Assembly: GCA_964494105.1 (NCBI GenBank)
Contig: CAZBQI010000004.1
Coordinates: 15,810 to 79,809, forward strand
Source of the DNA: an uncultured Candidatus Saccharibacteria bacterium
Lineage (GTDB): Bacteria; Patescibacteriota; Saccharimonadia; CAZBQI01
DNA: 64,000 nt
Direction: 5' to 3'
Part shown: positions 9,515 through 20,622 of the stretch, piece after piece
Position numbering within the stretch: position 1 is the first letter of the stretch
Layout of the letters: the number at the start of each line of letters is the position of its first letter
Program-made: the position numbers and the translations under genes
Notes under the pieces: generated by a model
The model's input: the letters and a program-made list of their open reading frames with translations, nothing else
Told to the model about the DNA's origin: nothing
Database searches by the model: none

Positions 9515-12500
9515 TTAGAGTTTGTCGTGATACTCTTGGATCGTCTGCACCTGAAGGTTGTTTTTTTGGAGTGAACCAATCGCCTCGACTGTCGCATGGG
9601 CAGCTGTCATTGTAGTCGTGTAGGCGATTCGGTTGGTAACTGCCAGGTTTCTTAGGGTAACTTCATCCTGGCGAGGATTAGCGCCACTTGCGGTGTTAAT
9701 GACCAAACTAATCTTACCTTTCTGAATTAAGTCGCCTGCATTCGGGTGACCCTCTTGGATCTTCTTTAGTCTAGTTACTTTTAGACTACTTTGGTTTTCT
9801 AGAAAGTCGGCTGTACCACTGGTAGCGGTGAGCGAGAACCCTTTTTTAGCCAGCGACAGTGCAATTTTTACAAGCTTTACTTTGTCACTATCTTTAACGC
9901 TTAAAAACACCACTCCCTTCAGTGGTAATGACACATTTGCGCCCAACAGGGCCTTGGCATAAGCAGAATTCGGATTGGTGTCGATTCCCATAACTTCGCC
10001 TGTAGATTTCATTTCAGGGCCCAGCGCAATATCTATTCCGGTAAATTTTATAAACGGCATTACAGCCTCTTTTACGCTGTAGTAAGGAGGAATTATTTCC
10101 TTGGTAAAGGCTAGTGCGCGCAGTTTTTTACCGGCCATTACCTGGCTGGCTAGTTTAGCCAACGGCACTCCGATGCTTTTTGACACGAACGGAATTGTTC
10201 GAGACGCGCGCGGGTTCACTTCTAAAACGTAAATTTCGTTATCCTTGATGGCAAATTGAATGTTCATCAAGCCAACGACCGCGAGTTCCATGGCCAGGGC
10301 AGTGGCCTGTGCCCTGACTTCTTTCAAGAGGTGAGAAGCTAAATCGATTGTTGGCAGGTAGCAAGCAGAATCACCCGAGTGTATGCCGGCTTCCTCGATG
10401 TGTTGCATGATGCCTGCGATAACAGTAGTTTGACCATCCGAAATTAAATCAACATCGAGCTCAACCGCGTCTTCTAAAAAGTGATCAACAAGCACAGGTT
10501 TGTCAAAAGATATCAAATGCGATGCTCGTTCAAGGTAGTCTGTTAGCTGTTCTTCGGAGTATACAATCTCCATCGCTCGTCCACCCAGCACAAAAGAAGG
10601 GCGTAGCAACACCGGATAGCCAATTTTATTGGCGTATTCCTTCACTTTAGCTGATTCGTATTCGCTGGCACTTGGAGGTGACTGCAGGTTTAATTTTTTT
10701 AGTATTCGCGTGAATTGTTTTCGGTCTTCGGCTGCATTTATTGCCTCTGGCTGGGTACCAATTATTTTTACGCCTGCAGATTTAAGTGCGCTGGCAAGAT
10801 TTAACGGCGTTTGACCTCCAAATTGCACAATAACGCCATCCGGTTTTTCAACGTCTACAATATTTAATACGTCTTCTAAGGTGACTGGCTCGAAATACAG
10901 TCTATCCGAAGTGTCATAGTCGGTAGACACAGTCTCTGGATTCGAATTTATCATTATTGTCTCATAGCCGATTTTACTTAACGCAAAAGCCGCATGACAA
11001 CAACAATAATCAAACTCTATACCCTGACCGATTCTATTTGGACCGCCACCAATTATTAGTATTTTCTTTTTAGTTGTAGGTACTACTTCGCTTTGAGTTT
11101 CATAGCTCGAGTAATAGTAAGGGGTATATGCTTCAAATTCACCACCGCAAGTGTCAATTAGATGATAGGTGGGAATAATGTTGTGATTTTTTCGCCATGT
11201 GCGCATTTTTTGCTCACTAATCTGAAAAATTTTACCCAGCTGTATATCTGAAAATCCGTATGTTTTTGCTTGCATAATTAACTCACGTATTTTTTGATTT
11301 GATTGCCTGGATATCGTAGTTTTTCTTACAGCGAAGTTTTTGGATAGCAAGGTCATGCTTTGTTCGAGTTCAATAATTTGCAAAATTTGATCTAAGAACC
11401 ATGGGTCGACACCGGTTTTATTGTGCAACGCTTTAATGCTTGTGCCTTCGCGGAGAGCGTCGGCTATTAGAAATATTCGATCAGCGTGTGGAATTTCTAT
11501 TTGTTGCCACAGATTGCGATTGTTTTGAGGATTTTCTAAACCATGAACGCCCACCTCTAGTCCGCGCAGACCCTTTTGTAGGGCTTCTTTAAAGTTGCGC
11601 CCAATGGCCATGGTCTCACCGATTGCTTTCATCTGGGTGCCAAGTATTGGGTCTGCACCGGGGAATTTTTCGAATGCGAAACGAGGTATTTTTACCACAC
11701 AGTAATCGAGGGTTGGTTCAAAACTAGCCGGAGTTTTCTTGGTAATGTCATTTTGCAGTTCATCAAGGGTGTATCCAACCGCTAGCTTGGCGGCAATTTT
11801 TGCTATTGGGAAGCCGGTTGCTTTTGAGGCCAGAGCACTAGAGCGAGATACTCGGGGATTCATTTCAATCACTACCATACGATCGCTATTCGGGTCGGTC
11901 GCGAATTGAATATTTGAGCCACCGGTCTCGACGCCAATTTCTCGGATTACTTTAATGCTGGCATCACGCATTCGCTGGTATTCTCGGTCAGACAGAGTTT
12001 GAATTGGGGCTACGGTTATTGAGTCCCCGGTGTGAACCCCCATTGGATCAAGGTTTTCTATCGAACATACGATTACCACATTGTCGTTTTTGTCGCGCAT
12101 AACTTCCATCTCAAATTCTTTCCAGCCACTGAGGTTTTCTTCTATAAGAACTTCGTTATTTAAAGACAAGTCAAGTCCGTGAGATACGATTCTTTCCAGG
12201 TCTTTGGGGTTATTCGCAAATCCACCCCCACTACCGCCGAGCGTAAAGCCGGGTCGAATTGCCACCGGATAGCCAATTCGCTTGGCGATTTGCTTAGCCT
12301 GGGACACCGTATGGGCGATTGAACTGCGGGGGACATCCAAATTTATGCGTCTCATGGCTTGCTTAAATAGTTCTCTTTCCTCGGCTTTCTTGATGCTACT
12401 AAGGTTGGCGCCAATCATTTCGACGTTGAATTTCTTAAAAACTCCGTTTTCTGCCAGCTGAACAGCGGTGTTTAACCCGGTCTGTCCACCCAGTGTCGGT

Positions 12501-12760
12501 AGCACCGCATCCGGCCGTTCGCGCCTAATTATCTTCTCTACGGATACCGCCGTGATTGGTTCGATGTAGGTTTTGTCGGCCATTTCCGGGTCAGTCATGA
12601 TTGTGGCGGGGTTAGAGTTTACCAATATTACTTCATAGCCTTCTTCGCGCAGAGCTCGGCACGCTTGGGTACCTGAGTAGTCAAATTCACAACCCTGGCC
12701 AATGACAATTGGTCCCGAACCAATAATGAGAATCTTTTTTATATCTTTACGCTTAGGCAT
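9515..12760 (-). CDS. carB: Carbamoyl-phosphate synthase large subunit
   Basis: 1081 aa with duplicated ATP-grasp halves and an MGS-like C-terminus. Overlaps carA by 8 nt. Confidence 0.95.
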   Translation of the reverse strand: MPKRKDIKKILIIGSGPIVIGQGCEFDYSGTQACRALREEGYEVILVNSNPATIMTDPEMADKTYIEPITAVSVEKIIRRERPDAVLPTLGGQTGLNTAVQLAENGVFKKFNVEMIGANLSSIKKAEERELFKQAMRRINLDVPRSSIAHTVSQAKQIAKRIGYPVAIRPGFTLGGSGGGFANNPKDLERIVSHGLDLSLNNEVLIEENLSGWKEFEMEVMRDKNDNVVIVCSIENLDPMGVHTGDSITVAPIQTLSDREYQRMRDASIKVIREIGVETGGSNIQFATDPNSDRMVVIEMNPRVSRSSALASKATGFPIAKIAAKLAVGYTLDELQNDITKKTPASFEPTLDYCVVKIPRFAFEKFPGADPILGTQMKAIGETMAIGRNFKEALQKGLRGLEVGVHGLENPQNNRNLWQQIEIPHADRIFLIADALREGTSIKALHNKTGVDPWFLDQILQIIELEQSMTLLSKNFAVRKTTISRQSNQKIRELIMQAKTYGFSDIQLGKIFQISEQKMRTWRKNHNIIPTYHLIDTCGGEFEAYTPYYYSSYETQSEVVPTTKKKILIIGGGPNRIGQGIEFDYCCCHAAFALSKIGYETIMINSNPETVSTDYDTSDRLYFEPVTLEDVLNIVDVEKPDGVIVQFGGQTPLNLASALKSAGVKIIGTQPEAINAAEDRKQFTRILKKLNLQSPPSASEYESAKVKEYANKIGYPVLLRPSFVLGGRAMEIVYSEEQLTDYLERASHLISFDKPVLVDHFLEDAVELDVDLISDGQTTVIAGIMQHIEEAGIHSGDSACYLPTIDLASHLLKEVRAQATALAMELAVVGLMNIQFAIKDNEIYVLEVNPRASRTIPFVSKSIGVPLAKLASQVMAGKKLRALAFTKEIIPPYYSVKEAVMPFIKFTGIDIALGPEMKSTGEVMGIDTNPNSAYAKALLGANVSLPLKGVVFLSVKDSDKVKLVKIALSLAKKGFSLTATSGTADFLENQSSLKVTRLKKIQEGHPNAGDLIQKGKISLVINTASGANPRQDEVTLRNLAVTNRIAYTTTMTAAHATVEAIGSLQKNNLQVQTIQEYHDKL

Positions 12761-13913
12761 TTGTATTTACCTTGGCTCGTTTAATATTTTCTACAAACTG
12801 CTCAAACAGATAAAACGAATCATGTGGGCCGGGCGCAGCTTCCGGATGATACTGCACGCTAAAGGCCGGGAAGCGAGTAGAGCGGATACCTTCGCAGGTT
12901 TGATCATTCAGGTTAATGTGAGTTGGCTTAATGTCATTTGGCAGTTTCTTTTGGTTAATGGCAAAGCCGTGGTTTTGAGAAGTAATCTCAATTTTGCCAC
13001 TGGCTAAGTTTTTGACAGGGTGGTTCGCGCCGTGATGTCCAAACTTAAGTTTGTATGTCTTGGCGCCGAGTGCGGATGCCAGCATTTGATGCCCAAGGCA
13101 AATACCAAATAATTGAATGTTCATCTCGAGGAGACTTTTTGTTGTGTTGATTACATATTTAACCGCTGCCGGATCACCAGGTCCATTAGCAAGAAATATG
13201 CCATCCGGTTTTTCTGAAAGAATCTCCTTTAGGTTACTGGTGGGTGGCATGATGGTCAATTTGCATCCTAGTTTTTCGAAAGACCGAAGAATATTGTGCT
13301 TTACGCCGGTATCAAGCACAACAATGTGATACTTGCCTCGCCTGTTCCATTGGTATTTTTTAGTCACCGCTACTTCACGAACCAAATCGCTACCACTCAT
13401 AGATTGTGACTTAAGCTTGGTAATGGCCGGCTTTATGAGGCGTTTGTCTAAAACTATGGCGCCTTGGGTGGCCCCAAGCCTACGAATCTGTAAAGTCAGC
13501 GCCCTGGTGTCGATGCCCTCAATACCGGTAACCTTATTCTTACTAAGAAAACTGGCCAAATCTGTGGTGGCGCGGTAGTTCGAGATAGCTCGCGAAAGCT
13601 CCTTCACAATGAAACCGCTCAAATACACTTTGTCAGATTCGTTATCTAAATCGTTAATGCCGTAATTTCCAATTAACGGGTAGGTCATGCAGACCAATTG
13701 ACCCCTATATGATGGGTCGGTGAGCACTTCCTGGTAGCCACTCATGGCGGTATTAAAAACCACCTCGCCTGAGGTGGTTGATTTACTGGAAATGTCGCCA
13801 AATGCTTTTCCCGAAAAGCAAGTGCCGTTAGCTAGCACTAGGTAGGCTGTTTTTGTATCAGCTATCTTTGACTCCTCCCAGACTCTTGATACTTCAATGT
13901 ATGATACTCTCAC
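12753..13913 (-). CDS. carA: Carbamoyl-phosphate synthase small subunit (glutamine amidotransferase)
   Basis: 386 aa with a CPSase small-chain N-domain and the class-I GATase catalytic Cys region (GICLGHQ). Confidence 0.95.
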   Translation of the reverse strand: MRVSYIEVSRVWEESKIADTKTAYLVLANGTCFSGKAFGDISSKSTTSGEVVFNTAMSGYQEVLTDPSYRGQLVCMTYPLIGNYGINDLDNESDKVYLSGFIVKELSRAISNYRATTDLASFLSKNKVTGIEGIDTRALTLQIRRLGATQGAIVLDKRLIKPAITKLKSQSMSGSDLVREVAVTKKYQWNRRGKYHIVVLDTGVKHNILRSFEKLGCKLTIMPPTSNLKEILSEKPDGIFLANGPGDPAAVKYVINTTKSLLEMNIQLFGICLGHQMLASALGAKTYKLKFGHHGANHPVKNLASGKIEITSQNHGFAINQKKLPNDIKPTHINLNDQTCEGIRSTRFPAFSVQYHPEAAPGPHDSFYLFEQFVENIKRAKVNTNA

Positions 13914-13944
13914 GCAAGCAGGCTCGCAATAGAAATGTTACGAT

Positions 13945-14883
13945 ATGCGCATGAAGTACACTATCAAGCCATATAATTCCGGCTTCCTAAATGTCGGCGA
14001 TGGCCATCAGCTATATTACGAGCAATGTGGCAATCCAAAGGGGTTTCCTGTGCTATATGTACATGGCGGTCCAGGGGCGGGGTTCCGTGATAAAAGCAAA
14101 GACTTCTTTTCTCTGGAGAAAATCAACTTAACTCTGTTCGATCAGCGTGGTGCTGGTAGGAGTAAGCCCTTCGCAAGCATAGAAAAAAACGAAACTAGCT
14201 ACCTCATTGCTGACATGAATAAGCTGCTAGATTACTTAAATATCAATAAAGTATTTTTATTCGGGGGGTCGTGGGGCTCAACTCTATCGCTGGTTTATGC
14301 TATTCGAAATCCAAAGCGTGTAACGGGAATGTTACTGCGAGGAATATTCTTAGGTGCCGATGCCGCTAGTGATCATTTCCTTAACGGAGGGATAAAGGAT
14401 TTTTTTCCAGAGACATGGGAACGATTCTCAGCTTTAGTACCAAAGAGTAAACAGAACAACGTTGCTAAATATTACTATGATAAGATGCGGTTTGGTACTC
14501 CGGCAGAAAAGAAAAAGTACGCTTATGAATGGGCATTTTATGAGGCGTCAATGCTTAGTCTAAAAACTGATCTAGAAAAAGCAAAGGCCAACATGAATGA
14601 ATTTCCCTATAAATCTTTGGCGCCACTGGAGGCGCACTATTTGCTCAATGGCTGTTTCTTACCGAAGGACTACATTTTAAAAAACGCAAAGAATATCAAA
14701 AACATCCCAACGACAATTGTCCACGGGCGATATGATTTCGTGTGCGAACCTATAAACGCTTATAAGCTTCATACAGTCTTGCCAAAATCTAAACTAATTT
14801 TTACTACAGCTGGCCACCATTCATCTGACCCCGAAACAAGAGACACGCTGAAAATAGAAATGGCAAGGATGTCGAAAAAATGA
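13945..14883 (+). CDS. pip: Proline iminopeptidase (alpha/beta hydrolase, S33)
   Basis: HGGPGAG oxyanion motif and GGSWGSTLSL nucleophile elbow. Confidence 0.8.
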   Translation: MRMKYTIKPYNSGFLNVGDGHQLYYEQCGNPKGFPVLYVHGGPGAGFRDKSKDFFSLEKINLTLFDQRGAGRSKPFASIEKNETSYLIADMNKLLDYLNINKVFLFGGSWGSTLSLVYAIRNPKRVTGMLLRGIFLGADAASDHFLNGGIKDFFPETWERFSALVPKSKQNNVAKYYYDKMRFGTPAEKKKYAYEWAFYEASMLSLKTDLEKAKANMNEFPYKSLAPLEAHYLLNGCFLPKDYILKNAKNIKNIPTTIVHGRYDFVCEPINAYKLHTVLPKSKLIFTTAGHHSSDPETRDTLKIEMARMSKK

Positions 14884-14884
14884 T

Positions 14885-14961
14885 TGGTGGATCCGAGAGG
14901 ACTCGAACCTCTGACCTCCTCAACGTCAATGAGGCGCTCTAGCCAACTGAGCTACGGATCC
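14885..14961 (-). tRNA. tRNA-Val (anticodon GAC)
   Basis: Reverse complement is GGATCCGTAGCTCAGTTGGCTAGAGCGCCTCATTGACGTTGAGGAGGTCAGAGGTTCGAGTCCTCTCGGATCCACCA, a 77-nt cloverleaf. Its 3' end lies 2 nt after the pip stop codon. Confidence 0.85.
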
Positions 14962-15137
14962 TCGTCGCAGCTGACTGTCGACTTTCGTTTGCTTGTGGTC
15001 TTTCGCAAACTACAGTCTTTCGCAGCGGCTCCTCTCAAAATTACAAACCAAGCAGTAGCTGTTTGTAATTTTGTAACTAGACTCCATATCTATGTTACGA
15101 AAGGCAAGGGATATCAGCAAGGGGATGGCATAGAAAA

Positions 15138-15181
15138 AGCCGCTTCAAAAATTTGTTAAAGCGGCTCCACCTATTTTTTTG
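15138..15181 (+). terminator. Rho-independent terminator-like hairpin (8-bp stem AGCCGCTT/AAGCGGCT) with T-runs on both strands
   Basis: Perfect inverted repeat followed by T8 on the plus strand and A5 upstream, so it could terminate transcripts in either direction. It lies in the 600-nt AT-rich gap between tRNA-Val and thrS. Confidence 0.45.
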
Positions 15182-15562
15182 TTTGCTTATTAAATATAGC
15201 TCAATAGAAAAACTAATGCAATACTTTTGTGTTCATTATATTTACATTTTATTCATGACCTCTGTAACTACAGATATATAAAGCTAATGTCTAAAAAGCC
15301 GGAATGGAACCGGTGTAGTGGAGTTTGGGCCGGATAAGTATAGTTGTTGTAAAAAATACTAACAGAGGTAATTCATTCAATTAGTTGTTTAATTACCTAC
15401 AAAATGTAGCGTTTCCCAAGGTAACGAACTCCCGGGCTTTGAATAATATGAAAATTGCAAAAAACAAGCTTTTTTTGTTATGTATACAATTTTTTAGGTA
15501 GTTTAATAGTCGTTGCTGTGGAGTATTTAGTTTAGGATGCAATATAAGCTATAATTTATTGA

Positions 15563-17389
15563 ATGAGTAAGAAGCAAATGGACCCTCTATATGCAATGCG
15601 CCATTCTCTGGCTCACATTATGGCTACAGCCATTCAAGGTCTCTGGCCTGAGGCTAAGTTTGGTGTAGGACCGCCAACCGACAATGGGTTCTATTACGAT
15701 ATAGACCTGGGTGATTATTCATTGACACCCGAGGATTTAAACAAACTTGATATTGAAATGCATAAAGAGATAAAAGCTAATCACGATTTTAAGCAATCAC
15801 ATAAGAAGTTAGCTGACGCTCTAAAGTGGGCAAGAGAGAGTAACCAGGACTATAAGGTCGAGCTTTTAAATGACCTTAAGTCACACGGCACTACCTCTGC
15901 CAAAGATATTGATGCCGCTACGCTCGGCATAGACACGGGCGATTCAAAAGTAGATGAGGTATCTTTTTTTACCAATGGTGATTTCACCGATCTCTGTCAG
16001 GGCCCGCACGTGGCTTCAACTGGCAAGGTGGGGGCGTTTAAACTCGAAAAACTTGCCGGTGCTTACTGGCGTGGAAACGAAAAGAATAAGATGCTACAGC
16101 GAATTTACGGTGTAGCCTTTGCAACAAAACAGGAGTTAGATGAATACCTTAGGCTTCAAGAGGAAGCTAAGAGACGAGATCACCGTAAGCTCGGGAAAGA
16201 ACTTGATTTGTTTACTTTTTCGGACTTAGTGGGAGCGGGCTTACCCCTATATACACCAAAAGGTGCAATTATTCGCAACAAACTCAAAGAGATGCTATTT
16301 ACCACACGGCGAAATTACGGGGGGCTGGAGGTGTCAATTCCGCATATTGCCAAGATAGATCTCTATCAGAAATCCGGCCATGCCGAGAAGTTCGAAGAAG
16401 AGCTTTTTACAGTAAAAGGGCACTACGGAGATTTTGCATTAAAACCAGTAAACTGTCCGCATCACATTCAAATTTACAACAGCAAACCTCGCAGTTATCG
16501 TGATTTACCATTGCCTTATGTAGAATTTACTACTCAGTACCGAGACGAAAAACCGGGGCAAATAGGTGGTTTATCTAGAGTACGTGGGTTTACGGTCGAC
16601 GATGGCCACACGTTTTGTACTGTCGATCAGATCAAGCCTGAGGTAGAAAACATCTGCAACGTTATCAGAGAATTTTATTCTAGTATTGGTATGTACGGAG
16701 ATCACTGGGTGTCGTTGTCACTACGCGACCCAGCAACACCAGAAAAGTATATTGGCAAGCCTGAAGGCTGGGATAAGGCCGAAGCTATGCTAAGGGAGAT
16801 AAGCGAAGAAATGAAGCTAGATGCGAAGCCCATGGAGGGCGAGGCTGCCCTATATGGTCCTAAGCTAGACTTCATGTTTAAAGACGCCACAGGCCACGAC
16901 ATTCAACTTTCAACCATCCAGCTAGACTTTGCCACACCCGGCAGGTTTAATCTCGCATACGTAGACGAGAAGGGCGAAGAACAGCCACCGGTAATCATCC
17001 ATTCTGCCATCGCTGGTTCGTTTGAGCGGTTCATGGTTGTTTTGATTGAAAAACTTGGCGGACACTTCCCGTTTTGGCTAGCTCCAGAGCAAGTCAGAAT
17101 TCTAACCATAAATGATGAAGTCAAGGAATATGTTGCTGATTTATGTAAGACTTTTGATAATGTTGTGCTAAATACACCTCTGAAATACAATGAATTACGC
17201 TATTCCGTGGATGATCGGAACGAATCACTCGGTAAAAAGATTCGCGAGGCCGAAACACAAAAGATACCAGCCATCATTGTAGTAGGTCCTCGTGACGTAA
17301 AAACAAATTCTGTTAATGTACGCACAAAAGCCGGTGAAAAATCTGTAAAACTATCTGAAATTGCAGACTATTTAACAACATTAACATAA
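15563..17389 (+). CDS. thrS: Threonyl-tRNA synthetase (class II), N-terminally shortened form
   Basis: MRHSLAHIMA second-additional-domain motif, class II core motifs, and a C-terminal anticodon-binding domain. At 608 aa it lacks the TGS domain. A TATAAT box lies 7 nt upstream of the ATG. Confidence 0.9.
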   Translation: MSKKQMDPLYAMRHSLAHIMATAIQGLWPEAKFGVGPPTDNGFYYDIDLGDYSLTPEDLNKLDIEMHKEIKANHDFKQSHKKLADALKWARESNQDYKVELLNDLKSHGTTSAKDIDAATLGIDTGDSKVDEVSFFTNGDFTDLCQGPHVASTGKVGAFKLEKLAGAYWRGNEKNKMLQRIYGVAFATKQELDEYLRLQEEAKRRDHRKLGKELDLFTFSDLVGAGLPLYTPKGAIIRNKLKEMLFTTRRNYGGLEVSIPHIAKIDLYQKSGHAEKFEEELFTVKGHYGDFALKPVNCPHHIQIYNSKPRSYRDLPLPYVEFTTQYRDEKPGQIGGLSRVRGFTVDDGHTFCTVDQIKPEVENICNVIREFYSSIGMYGDHWVSLSLRDPATPEKYIGKPEGWDKAEAMLREISEEMKLDAKPMEGEAALYGPKLDFMFKDATGHDIQLSTIQLDFATPGRFNLAYVDEKGEEQPPVIIHSAIAGSFERFMVVLIEKLGGHFPFWLAPEQVRILTINDEVKEYVADLCKTFDNVVLNTPLKYNELRYSVDDRNESLGKKIREAETQKIPAIIVVGPRDVKTNSVNVRTKAGEKSVKLSEIADYLTTLT

Positions 17390-17391
17390 GC

Positions 17392-17700
17392 GTGATCTCA
17401 GAAGAATTTAAGGAACGGGTTTTTGCTTTAGTAGGGAAAATACCTCAAGGTAAGGTGATGACGTACGGGCAAATAGCTGCTTTTTGCGGTGAACTACGTG
17501 CAGCCTGGGAGGTTGGGCAGATCGCACACTGTGGCCCAGATGAATTACCTTGGCAACGGGTCGTTAATAAGCAGGGCGGATTAGCTAAAGGCTACCCAGG
17601 CGGGCGAGAGGCGCAAAAACAGCAGTTAGAAGCAGATGGAGTGCAGGTGAACACAGAATTTATCGTTGATTTGAATAGATACCTGTGGAACCTGTACTAG
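17392..17700 (+). CDS. Alkyltransferase-like (ATL) protein: MGMT/Ogt DNA-binding domain with the catalytic Cys replaced by Trp
   Basis: 102 aa with the Ogt C-domain helix-turn-helix (VMTYGQIAAF). The PCHRV active-site motif reads PWQRV. It starts 2 nt after the thrS stop. Confidence 0.7.
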   Translation: MISEEFKERVFALVGKIPQGKVMTYGQIAAFCGELRAAWEVGQIAHCGPDELPWQRVVNKQGGLAKGYPGGREAQKQQLEADGVQVNTEFIVDLNRYLWNLY

Positions 17701-17799
17701 CCTCAGTAAAATAATAAGCTTATGCTATTGCGTGAACAAATAATTTAATGCTAAAATGGTATTTAAATTGTTATTCAATGCGCTTAAAGCGGGGATAAA

Positions 17800-20580
17800 A
17801 TGAATAGAAAAACAGGCTCAAAAAATTCTCCATACGTAAAATCAACGCTCTGGCCGGTGTTATTATTGCTGTTAGCATTGTTTACCGTTGTCGGGGTTAG
17901 TGCTCAGAGTGGCGTGTTGTTTACGGTTTATGACGACAGTGTTCAAGCGGTTAAACTAGTAGTAGGCCCTCGTGGACCCGCTGGAGTAGCCGGAGCTAAT
18001 GGCGCAAATGGCCTGAATGGACTAAACGGCACCATCGGTAAAGACGGTGCAAGCGGAGCTAACGGAGCTAACGGAGCTGCAGGTGCTACTGGTGCCCAAG
18101 GTGTTCCAGGTAGCAACGACTGCATCAGTGGCATTTGTGTCTCCCGCCAAGTTAATACCCCTGGCACCCAAGAAACAGGCAACATAAATATCGATGGTGC
18201 AATTCTAGCTGATAGCCTGAATGTTACTACGGTTACAGCTACAACTCTAGCTGGTAATGGCTCAGGACTAACCTCGCTTAATGCCAGCGCCCTAGGCAGT
18301 GGTACAGTTTCAGATTCCAGACTGAGCGCTAATGTGGCTTTATTAAATGCATCTAACAGCTTTAGTGTTGGTCAAACAATCTTGTCTGGTGCAGCTGGCA
18401 CAACAGGTCTTATTGTAAAAGGCGCTGCTTCACAAACAGCTAACCTGTTTGAAATTCAAAATTCGACTGGATCAGCATTAGCTTACATAAGCTCCAGTGG
18501 AGATATATTTGCCAACAGATATATTTATGCGTCGTCGCAGCTTTACACAGATAGACTTACAGGTTATTCGGCACCGTACGTAACGCTTCAAAATACTGGA
18601 GGCCAAGATACTAACTTCATCCTCGGAACTTCGACCGGTACAAAGATCGGCACTGGAACTAGCCAGAAACTAGGATTTTGGAATGCTACCCCAATAGTAC
18701 AGCCTATCGCTAGTACTTCTTTAAACGCATTATTAGAAACAACTGGGCTTAGAACTGCAGCCGCTACTACAGATCCATCAATTATTATTAAGGGCATAAG
18801 CTCTCAAACAGGTAATCTAATGGAATGGCAGAACTCAGCTGCAACAACAAAGGCATACATTGATGCATCTGGAAACCTCGGCTTCGATGCAAACCAAGTT
18901 CGGGGCATTTACTGGGACGGTCCGACGTTTGCCTCCCTAATGATGAACGGAGTGAATGGCGTTGTCGTTACCCCTTACAGTGCCGGTTATGCAGGTATGA
19001 CTATCCAAGGCCGAGCCGCACAAACCGCCAACCTCCAAGAATGGCAGAACTCAGCTGGCTCGGCGCTAATAGCTGTCAATTCGGCAGGGCGCCTTACTTG
19101 GGGGGCTGATGGGCATGCGCAATCGTTTTTTGTAGATTCCAATCACCGATTCTGGTTCAACAATGACCCAGGCTATACAGGTATGTACATCCAGGCTAGC
19201 GGTGTTCAGGGACAGATAGTTGGAAACCAAGGGCTACTATTTACAAACCAAACCCATGCCGTATCTGTTGCTGTTATGGGAGTGTTAGGACAGACTTTAG
19301 ATCTTCAGCAATGGCAGAACTCGGCTGGGACCAAACTTGCTAGCGTGACTTCAGCTGGCCGGATATATGCCGGAGATAGCTCCACAACTACCTATTCATA
19401 CATTGCACCTGATGGCTCAATTGGAATGAGAAGTGCTGGTAATGAATGGGCGTTTACCTACGCTTCTACTGGCGTAAACCTAAATACAGCCATAGGTGCG
19501 TCAGGCTTTATGCCGGGGGGTGTTGGTACAACTCCCGGAAGGCTAGATACAGGCGGCGGCGGGTTGTCATTATCTGAGAGGTTTCAAGATGTCTATATTC
19601 GGAACTTTAGCCCCGGCTTTACAGTAGCGCAGTTTGGTACGGCCAGCGGTAGTACTGTTGCACAACTACTTACACCAGTGGCCTCAGGAAAGGGATTAGT
19701 TATCAGGGCTAATGCGACAACCCCTGGGAATCTACAGGAATGGCAAAATTCGGCAGGCACAGTATTGTCGCGCATAACCGCGGCAGGCGATCTCTACACA
19801 CCAGCAGGGTCTGTAATTGCTCTTGGCTCCCAGTATCTCTGGAATTCAAATGGAATTAAATACAACGTAGACGCAGGTACCGCCCATACGTTTTTTGTTG
19901 GTGGCACCGAAGTCATGCGAGTTGACAGTACTACTAATGTTGGGATAGGTGACGACACATCTCCTGATGCAAAACTTGACGTCTCCAACACCAGCACGGC
20001 CGGGGCCGTCTTGCAGCTTACCAACAGTGCCGGTACGTGTGACCACACCCCGACTGCCGGTGCCGAAACCGTCAGCTGTAGCTCCGACGCTCGCCTCAAA
20101 TCCAACATTACCGATGCAGCCAGTGTGCTCAGCGAAATCAATGGCCTTAAAATTCACGATTACACCGTAATTGCTAGTGGACAGCAAACAACCGGACTGA
20201 TTGCGCAAGAGGTAATAAACACCAACCCCGAAATGGTCCACATGGGTGAAGATGGCTACTACAAAGTTGATAGCTACAATTCATGGAAAATACTCAAAGG
20301 TATACAGGAGCTCAGCACCAACGCCGATGACCTGCAAACCACATTTACTAGCGCTCTAGAAAAAGCTAACGGTGATATTTCAACAACTAACGACATCCTC
20401 TCTGCACTTGGCTTGCGAGTAGACGACCTGTCGGACAAGCTAGAGGAATTTGCCACAAGGTTAAGCGAACACGACGACCGGCTTAATGCGCAAGACACTA
20501 AGATTCAGTCGCTCGAAGCAGAGATCCAAGCTCTTAAACAGCAGTTCAGCACCGGTTCGGCACCGACCACTAGCAACTAA
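17800..20580 (+). CDS. Secreted collagen-triple-helix-repeat / tail-fibre-like protein with a C-terminal S74-type intramolecular chaperone (autoproteolytic) domain and coiled-coil tail
   Basis: Signal peptide (LLLLLALFTVVGVSAQS), then ~17 Gly-X-Y triplets (GPRGPAGVAGANGANGLNGLNG...). Five internal repeats of the form N/DLxEWQNSAG follow. SSDARLKSNITDA...LKIHDYT matches the S74 intramolecular-chaperone domain of phage tail spikes. The C-terminal ~100 aa are heptad-like. Confidence 0.7.
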   Translation: MNRKTGSKNSPYVKSTLWPVLLLLLALFTVVGVSAQSGVLFTVYDDSVQAVKLVVGPRGPAGVAGANGANGLNGLNGTIGKDGASGANGANGAAGATGAQGVPGSNDCISGICVSRQVNTPGTQETGNINIDGAILADSLNVTTVTATTLAGNGSGLTSLNASALGSGTVSDSRLSANVALLNASNSFSVGQTILSGAAGTTGLIVKGAASQTANLFEIQNSTGSALAYISSSGDIFANRYIYASSQLYTDRLTGYSAPYVTLQNTGGQDTNFILGTSTGTKIGTGTSQKLGFWNATPIVQPIASTSLNALLETTGLRTAAATTDPSIIIKGISSQTGNLMEWQNSAATTKAYIDASGNLGFDANQVRGIYWDGPTFASLMMNGVNGVVVTPYSAGYAGMTIQGRAAQTANLQEWQNSAGSALIAVNSAGRLTWGADGHAQSFFVDSNHRFWFNNDPGYTGMYIQASGVQGQIVGNQGLLFTNQTHAVSVAVMGVLGQTLDLQQWQNSAGTKLASVTSAGRIYAGDSSTTTYSYIAPDGSIGMRSAGNEWAFTYASTGVNLNTAIGASGFMPGGVGTTPGRLDTGGGGLSLSERFQDVYIRNFSPGFTVAQFGTASGSTVAQLLTPVASGKGLVIRANATTPGNLQEWQNSAGTVLSRITAAGDLYTPAGSVIALGSQYLWNSNGIKYNVDAGTAHTFFVGGTEVMRVDSTTNVGIGDDTSPDAKLDVSNTSTAGAVLQLTNSAGTCDHTPTAGAETVSCSSDARLKSNITDAASVLSEINGLKIHDYTVIASGQQTTGLIAQEVINTNPEMVHMGEDGYYKVDSYNSWKILKGIQELSTNADDLQTTFTSALEKANGDISTTNDILSALGLRVDDLSDKLEEFATRLSEHDDRLNAQDTKIQSLEAEIQALKQQFSTGSAPTTSN

Positions 20581-20622
20581 CCCTAACTCAGACAAGCATT
20601 CTGGGTGTGATAGGCTCTATTT

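Noticed and set aside
14884-15159. 91-aa plus-strand ORF after pip
   Set aside because: It overlaps the minus-strand tRNA-Val gene along its whole 5' part and has no recognisable family. The region is better explained by the tRNA plus a terminator at 15138-15181.
17943-20241. Several antisense ORFs (for example 17943..18185, 19794..20141, 19846..20241) inside the collagen/fibre gene
   Set aside because: They are shadow frames of a Gly/Ala/Thr-rich repetitive gene and are Pro/Ala-rich with no motif. The sense frame has a clear signal peptide and domains.
17800-20580. Prophage tail-fibre gene
   Set aside because: Although the C-terminal domain is phage-tail-spike-like, the neighbours are thrS/ATL and miaA. 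No capsid, terminase, integrase or other phage genes are present.
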